From positions 18,624,628 to 18,688,627 of the forward strand of contig CM119263.1 of assembly GCA_051294375.1 (NCBI GenBank): 64,000 nucleotides of DNA, written 5' to 3'. How positions within the stretch are numbered: position 1 is the first letter of the stretch; each line of letters begins with the position of its first letter. The translations under genes and the position numbers were made by a program. Positions 57,138 through 64,000 of this stretch are shown one piece after another. The DNA comes from Paraspadella gotoi (taxonomy: Eukaryota; Animalia; Chaetognatha). The notes beneath the pieces are model-generated. The model saw nothing but the letters and a program-made list of their open reading frames with translations. It did not search any database and was not told the origin of the DNA.

Positions 57138-57742
57138 AAAAATACAAAAAATGTTCCAGAAAGTAGGACCTCTTTACTCTTTAGTCAAGGTGAAGACAAC
57201 AAAAGTCAAGCAAGAAAGAAAAACGATTCTTAAAATTAAGCCTGACATCGACGACGATCGAAAAGATTAACCACGAACGAGAACAACAATCGACGACAGA
57301 ACGTCGGAACCGGTTTAGATCTCTCCTTCATGTCACGACCGATCTCCTCGAAATGTTATTAACGATCTTACGTCTAGCCGTTCATCGTCGATTCCTTTTT
57401 TCCGTGACCGACTAATTTACCGAGACACGATTCTAACTTAGCGCACCTCACCCACAGACCCTCGCGATTTACTATCTCCCTTCGAATCGCCTCCGCAATC
57501 ACACCGGCCCTGACGACCCTGGCCCCTCGTTCGCTTTCGCCCGTATTGATCCAAGAAAGATCCTAATTCCGCTCGACTGAAACGAAAGGGAAAAAATGTA
57601 AAAGAGTCGGAGAAAAAGGAGGAAGTGAAATGGAGGGAAAGACAAATCTGATCCACGATTTCGAAAGAGGAAAATGAAACATGGCAAATTGAAGCACAAT
57701 ATAGTAGGGAAAAATAGCTGTCGAAACAGTGTTTTTTTAAAT

Positions 57743-57773
<31 letters not shown>

Positions 57774-58246
57774 TTCTCTCGCTTTCTCTCTCTCTCCCTC
57801 TCTCATCCTCCTCGCTCTCTCATCTCTCTCATTTGTTCATAATAATTTTGATTTCCAAATTGTTTTTCCCCTTTTTTTATAAATTTAACAAGAATGATAA
57901 TTAAAGATATTCATTCTCTTAATAAGAAAAAATATTTTTACGGGCGTTAATGAAAGAACTTCACATTAATTGGGCACGAAATCCGCCACAAACTGCACGT
58001 ACGACTTCTCCTTCATTCCATGTTTGCTGTAATTGTTTGGATAACAATCAAAGAAAACTGCGCCATCTTCCATCCTCTTCTATCTTCATAGTACGATATG
58101 ACGATTTTTAACGCTTTCCATGACTAAAATATTATTTTAAAAAGGTTAATTTAACCTACTTTAATCTAACCTCGTCTGAAAAATTAAGATTTACATCGTC
58201 TGTATGAGAGAGTAGCAAGCAACGCACGTTTCAGCATGTCCATAAC

Positions 58247-58372
<126 letters not shown>

Positions 58373-60150
58373 AAGCGCAAGGACCTCGGAAAAACGGGTA
58401 AGGAATAGTAAACAAAATGGCCTCTGGAAATGTTGACACAACTCATGGACTCATAGCTTTGGAAGTTAAACCAAGTGCTTGGCTGGATAAATGAAGAAAC
58501 GGAGCAGAAAGTTTGGCCGGGCGCTTGGTTGTATATCGAAATAAATGAGGGAGGTCGGTGAATAAATAAGTTAGGTTAACCATTCGAAATTAAATTTTTT
58601 TTTCATTCGATGAGAAAAAAAAATAAATGTAGACAAACATCTGGATTGCGAGTTATTTAAACATCCAAAATAATATTTAAAATGAGTAAAATCTGATTTT
58701 CACATTGTCAGAATTTCTTGGCGCTGGTGTGCGTAAATTACCGTAACGAGGCACTTCGAAAGAAGGGTCGTAATCGAAAGATAAGTGAGTCCAAAAATCA
58801 GTAGTCGTGACGACGACTACGACGACGAAGACGACGACGAAGACGACTATTCGGCAGTGAGCGGCCACAATGCGGCTCTTATCTTCGCCATAGCGAGATC
58901 CTGTCTTTTTGTTTGATTCGCAAACTTTTGACACACATGACAGCGAAAATTGACGAGAGCAGAAATCTGGGTAGATCGATAACAGGTCAGAGCGAAAGGA
59001 TTTTTGTCGCTGGTCGTTAAACACGAAAATCAACATCGAAAACTGAAAAAAAAAGAAAATTCCAAGACTGTTGACCAATAGCGAAATACCCCATGGTAGA
59101 GCACGTAGAGCACGATTCATTAAAGGCGGCCGAAGATCGAATCGCGATTAAAATTATTTTTGATAATCTATAATTATTTTATTAGCAATGAGCGCTCACG
59201 AGGATGAAAATCAAAATATTTCCAATTTCGTGTTTATTATAAATCGTTGCTCTTTTTTTTTTAACATAAATTTTTTACCAGAACGGAAGAAAGTAATAAA
59301 ATTTTAAAACATACTGGAACACGAAAGTCGTGAGAGTATCTTTAAAAAAAAATTATCACTTGCAGTCACCCTTGACCCTTGAATCCAACGGGGCCCTTGA
59401 TCGAGCGTAATGATCAATCGGCGGTGGCCCTGCTAGACCGAATTATGGCGAATCGTGACGGAAAATCGACGAAGTCCTTTCCTTGGGGGGAGTAGTAGGA
59501 CCAAGTTTTTATCGAGAGAGAGAGAGAGATGAGGAGAGACGATGAGAGAGAGGAGATGGGATGCTTTGGGGAGACGACGAAGAGATAGAGAGAGAGCGAG
59601 CTGAGAGAAGACGAGCAGAGGTACGAAGAGAGAGAGAGAAGCAAACCGGAAAACTAACATGCGATCACATATTAGTCGCGACAAGGATTAAAGTGAGAGA
59701 GGTGATTCGTCATGCGAAATGCAAGTGACATGTAAGGACAGGACAGGTTTTACACTAAACTAAACAAATATTTTTTTTTAAATTTTAGCTTTGTTTCTCT
59801 TCTCTACAATTTTTCGGAGTTAATTTATGCGCATGCGAGAGAGAGAGTGAGAGAAGGAAAAAAAAACTTAAAAAAATAAGAAAAAAGACAGAAAGAAAAA
59901 AGATAGACAAATAAAAAGAAAGAAAGAAAGAAAAAAAGAAAAAAAAGGATAGAAAGAAAGAAAGAAAGAAAGATAGAAAGAAGGATAGAAAAAAGGAAAA
60001 AAATAAGGGGAGAGAAAAGAAAGAAAGAGATAGAAAAAAAGAAAGAAAGATTAAGAAGAAGAAAAGAAAGAAGAAAAAAGAAGAAAGAGAAAGAAAGAAA
60101 AGAGAAAGAAAGAAAAGAAAGAAAGAAAGGAGGAAAAAAATAGGAGGTAT

Positions 60151-60191
<41 letters not shown>

Positions 60192-60676
60192 AAGAGAGAG
60201 AGAGAGAGAAGAGAGAGAGCGAGAGAAGTGCGGGAATCATCAACATTACCATCAAAGGAAAGAAGAGACCGTCGCTGGTGGAGGATCCACATGAATAATT
60301 AATACGGGGAGTAGAATAAGGAAAGGAGGAGAATAAGGAAAGGAAAGAAAAGGCGAAAAAGATTAGGGAAAGGGTGATGCGAAAAAAAAGAAGATCGGGA
60401 TTTTAACAGCAGAATGACAATAAAAAAAACCCAGAAAACAGTACAGAGTGGTAGATGTTGGTAGAGGAATGTTAGGTTCGAAACCTTACTATCTTAAAGA
60501 TAAATTATGCATATAATAGAATTCATGATAAAGCGGTCACAAATTCGATTTTTTATTCCACTTATATGAACACTTTGAACAGAAAGTAAAATTAAAAGTT
60601 TCCTTTCCCTGCACGTCACCCCGTCTATAACGCCTATTGGCAATGCAGCCTCGGGTGTCTGGCAACCACTAGAGCG

Positions 60677-60795
<119 letters not shown>

Positions 60796-61550
60796 GTCAG
60801 TTTAATGGGTTCACTAAATTTTAAATTAGATTCTAGAAAATATGGAAAACATTTTTAATTCTATATCATTGAATGCTCTTCTTTATGCAAATTTTTTTTT
60901 TCTGAAAATGCCACTCAACTCTACATCAATTTTTTTTTTTATTTAAAAACATAAATCTCTTTCTTTTGATTGACATCGCGTTGACTTGAAAAATTCTCTT
61001 AGGGTTAATGTGATCCGGGGACTGTGGGAGATTATTCTTTGAGCTTGAAAGGTTTTGCAAAGCGGGATGGAGGCCTTTTAACCCACCTTCAAGCCCTTAC
61101 CAATTTAGGTTAAAAACTGTTGGTCTTTTCTGCGTTTCTCTTTGCTTCTAATGTATTGGACAAAAAACAATGATGGTTGACAGCCGTTTATATTTACGTC
61201 CGCGGAGCCAAGACGGTTAAACCGGTCGAACAGTTAATTAAGTTTGATTTTGAAAGAAATATACTTTTTTTCTGAAATTTTTTGAAAACGAAAACGGTAA
61301 TTAAAATGTGTTGCGCCGAAGGACTTCCTTATCACGTGTATTTCTCGTGACATGATATGACGTGATATGACGTGACATAACATGACTTAGCCCGTGTATT
61401 TATAACATGCACTGCATCAAAATTTTGTCTTTTATTCTATTATAGTTTTAGGATTTCCTCAAGGCGGCGCTAGCAGTCCCTTAGATTTGAGGTTTTTTCT
61501 GTTTTAACAAAAGACCAATTATAAGGAAATTGTATGCATGTTTATCATAA

Positions 61551-61622
61551 GTGTGACAGACCGACGGACCGACTGACAGACCGACCGAAAAGTACCTTAT
61601 AGAGTTGCTCCGCGAGTACTAG
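61551..61622 (-). mobile_element. Helentron-associated (HINE/DINE-1-like) non-autonomous element end, degenerate
   Basis: Reverse complement reads ctagtactcgcggagcaactctataaggtacttttcggtcggtctgtcagtcggtccgtcggtctgtcac, i.e. a terminal segment followed by a GTCN microsatellite. It is homologous to 63340-63423. Confidence 0.5.
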
Positions 61623-62543
61623 CGGCGTAAATAAACAAATTGCTGGTGTTTCGCTGAATGAAACATATTTACGATTCAGGATTAACTACTACGTATGTCT
61701 GGTTTTCAGCTGGGCCTTGTTAATTCAATTTTATGGTTTAATTTGGTACAAAGATCTCAAGGACATTTCTCTTCTAAAAGGAAAAGAGAAAGAAAGAAAA
61801 CAAGTTAGAAAGAAATGAATGAATGAATTAGTAAATGAATGAAAGAATGAATGAACACTGGTACGAATAAATGAATTATGAATGACTCAATGAATTAAGT
61901 AAACTTATAAAAGAATTCAGAAAATTCTGAAAAAAGGAGATAGCGAAGATAGCGCAAAGGAACAAAAATAAATTTTTAAGTTTCGGATGGTAAAACCTTA
62001 CAAAATAGAGAAATAATTATTCTAAATAATTCGAAAAGAGCCTTAGTTTAGACGAGGAACCTACGTGAGAGTTTTCCAGGTGTTTCTTTTTCAAGTGTGT
62101 TTGTGTGGGGGTGCGTTGTGTTCGAGTTTACAGACTTTCGGTTGACAAAACGAAAACCAACTTTGCCAACCGCGTACAATGATTTGAACGTAAAAACTTT
62201 AACCGGGTTCGGTTCTCGAAGACTCGAAATATAAGCGATAATTCCATTCGATTCGAAAAAGAACAAACATGTTTTTGTTCTACTCTAGATTTAAAAAAAA
62301 AAAGAAGGAAGCAGAGAGGGAAACAAAGAGAATGTTATAAAGAAACAGAATATCAAATATTAGATAAGAAAAAGAGAGAAATATTTAAAACTAAAAAATT
62401 CAAAACGTGACATCACAGTCTTGACGTTTTTCGTATCGAAAATGACGTCGAATCCATCGCAAAATCTTTGACGCGAAGGATTTAGACGCGGTTTCTGCTC
62501 AGAATAGAAAGGGAGAGTTTTGACGTCACGAGAGTATGACGTC

Positions 62544-62639
<96 letters not shown>

Positions 62640-62926
62640 AAAGATTGAGATTAAAAAAAAATAGTTGCAACTTTGAACATCGTTGGTGTCAGTAACATCT
62701 ACGTAAGAATGAATCTGACGTCCTTAGGGAAAGCCATTGTTTGGAATTATCAGCAAGTATGTCAGGTTCAAAGGGCTCAATTTATATAAATCTTCAATAA
62801 TAAGGAATAGATTATGAGTAAATAAGGACTACAGGAAAACTTAAAAAGAATATCGGACAGAAAATTTTGTGATTTACCTCAACTTACATTGACCTTTTGG
62901 GCTTGAATAAAAGACTGCCTTGAACT

Positions 62927-63048
<122 letters not shown>

Positions 63049-63339
63049 ACGGCTGAAGACGAGGAAAAAACGAGAAATCGTGGAACTTAGTAGAATTCTC
63101 AAAATTCTGATTGGAAAAAAAAGAAAATTAACCAAAAAATGATGGATTCAGTCAAGGGCCTGAAATGGACAATGCATGATGCCAAAAGCCAAATGCATTT
63201 CAATCATTTCTCTTTTTCGGAACAGCTCCGCCTCCGACGACATGCTTCAAGGGTTACTTCATTCCGTCGTCCCTTCCGCCTCCATGCCTGGCTTCAATAT
63301 CAAAGGCTTCCCGCGTGGTGCAGCGGGCAGATTATTATA

Positions 63340-63423
63340 TTTTTAGTTGCGCCACGAGTAATCTATAAGTCACTTTTCGGTCGGTCGGTCGGTCCGTCGG
63401 TCTATCTGTCCGTCGGTCTGTCC
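63340..63423 (+). mobile_element. Helentron-associated (HINE/DINE-1-like) non-autonomous element end, degenerate
   Basis: tttttagttgcgccacgagtaatctataagtcacttttcggtcggtcggtcggtccgtc...: a T-run, a terminal segment, then a (GTCG/GTCC/GTCT) microsatellite. Confidence 0.55.
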
Positions 63424-64000
63424 TACTTAAGTTAATAATGCTTATAACTTGCCTATAGTTTGTTGCTCATTTGTTAAAAATCAAATCTAAACGACTACTG
63501 GCACCGCCTTTTGTTTTTAAAGAAAAGTAAAAAAAAAAGTAATGCGGCGCAACACCTTCGAATAACCGTTCCTTGTTCCTTTTATTAAAAGGAGAAAGGA
63601 GAAAGTGAGAGAGGAATTCGTGATTTGCCAGCACTTTGCAGCAATCAAAAGAAACGCACACAAATTAGAGAACATACACGGTTCAACAAAATTACAAAAA
63701 TCACCAACAAATTTAAAACAATATAATTATTAAAGAAGAGAGAGTTGGGAAAAAAATTTCAATAGTGATAATTCTTCCAAAATGAAATTACTCACCCAAT
63801 GAGTTTGGAATCCGTTGAACATTGAAAACAATAAATTTGTGAAGTTTTGTATTGAGTAGAAAAGAAGAGAAAAGAAATAAAATTTAAAAAAAATAAAAAA
63901 AAGATTAAAGAAAATAGTTGTTGAAAATCCCCTTGTCCCCCACCCCATTGGAAATAAACTTGGGTCTTCCACGCCGCTGTGGTGGCGGACAGGGAAGAGG

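Noticed and set aside
57320-57380. DLLEMLL resembling kinase subdomain XI
   Set aside because: It is on the wrong strand for the MAPK7-like gene and has no other kinase motifs
63226-63345. Short GC-rich stretch after a cag acceptor-like site
   Set aside because: No recognisable protein, donor or partner exons

Overview
This is eukaryotic (invertebrate animal-like) genomic DNA, very rich in microsatellites, with 16 N-gaps. Most ORFs in the supplied track are artefacts of (GA)n/(CTTT)n/(TCG)n repeats, N-runs or antisense shadows. Two convergent spliced genes can be reconstructed by hand. (1) On the + strand is an anosmin-1/KAL1 orthologue with 14 visible exons (8982-29616). It shows the end of the Cys-box, a WAP domain, four FN3 domains and an unusual long C-terminal extension with a hydrophobic segment; its 5' exons were not found. 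(2) On the - strand is the C-terminal regulatory tail of an ERK5/MAPK7-like protein with 13 exons (about 50927 down to 31953). It was recognised from the VTAxERQREREE basic NLS region, the LSDxDRxLLxRW motif and a SASxxxxWLE terminal motif. The tail is expanded to about 1,900 aa and no kinase-domain exon is visible in the window. The segment 41549-50450 is an indel-ridden second copy of 33569-41523 across a 25-N gap, most likely a long-read gap-filling or haplotype artefact. Also present are two Helentron/HINE-like remnants, minisatellites and E-box/CRE clusters. All assignments come from manual translation and recalled family motifs, not database searches. I found no clear-cut novel multi-gene system; the best leads are the giant, possibly kinase-less ERK5 tail and a possibly membrane-anchored anosmin.
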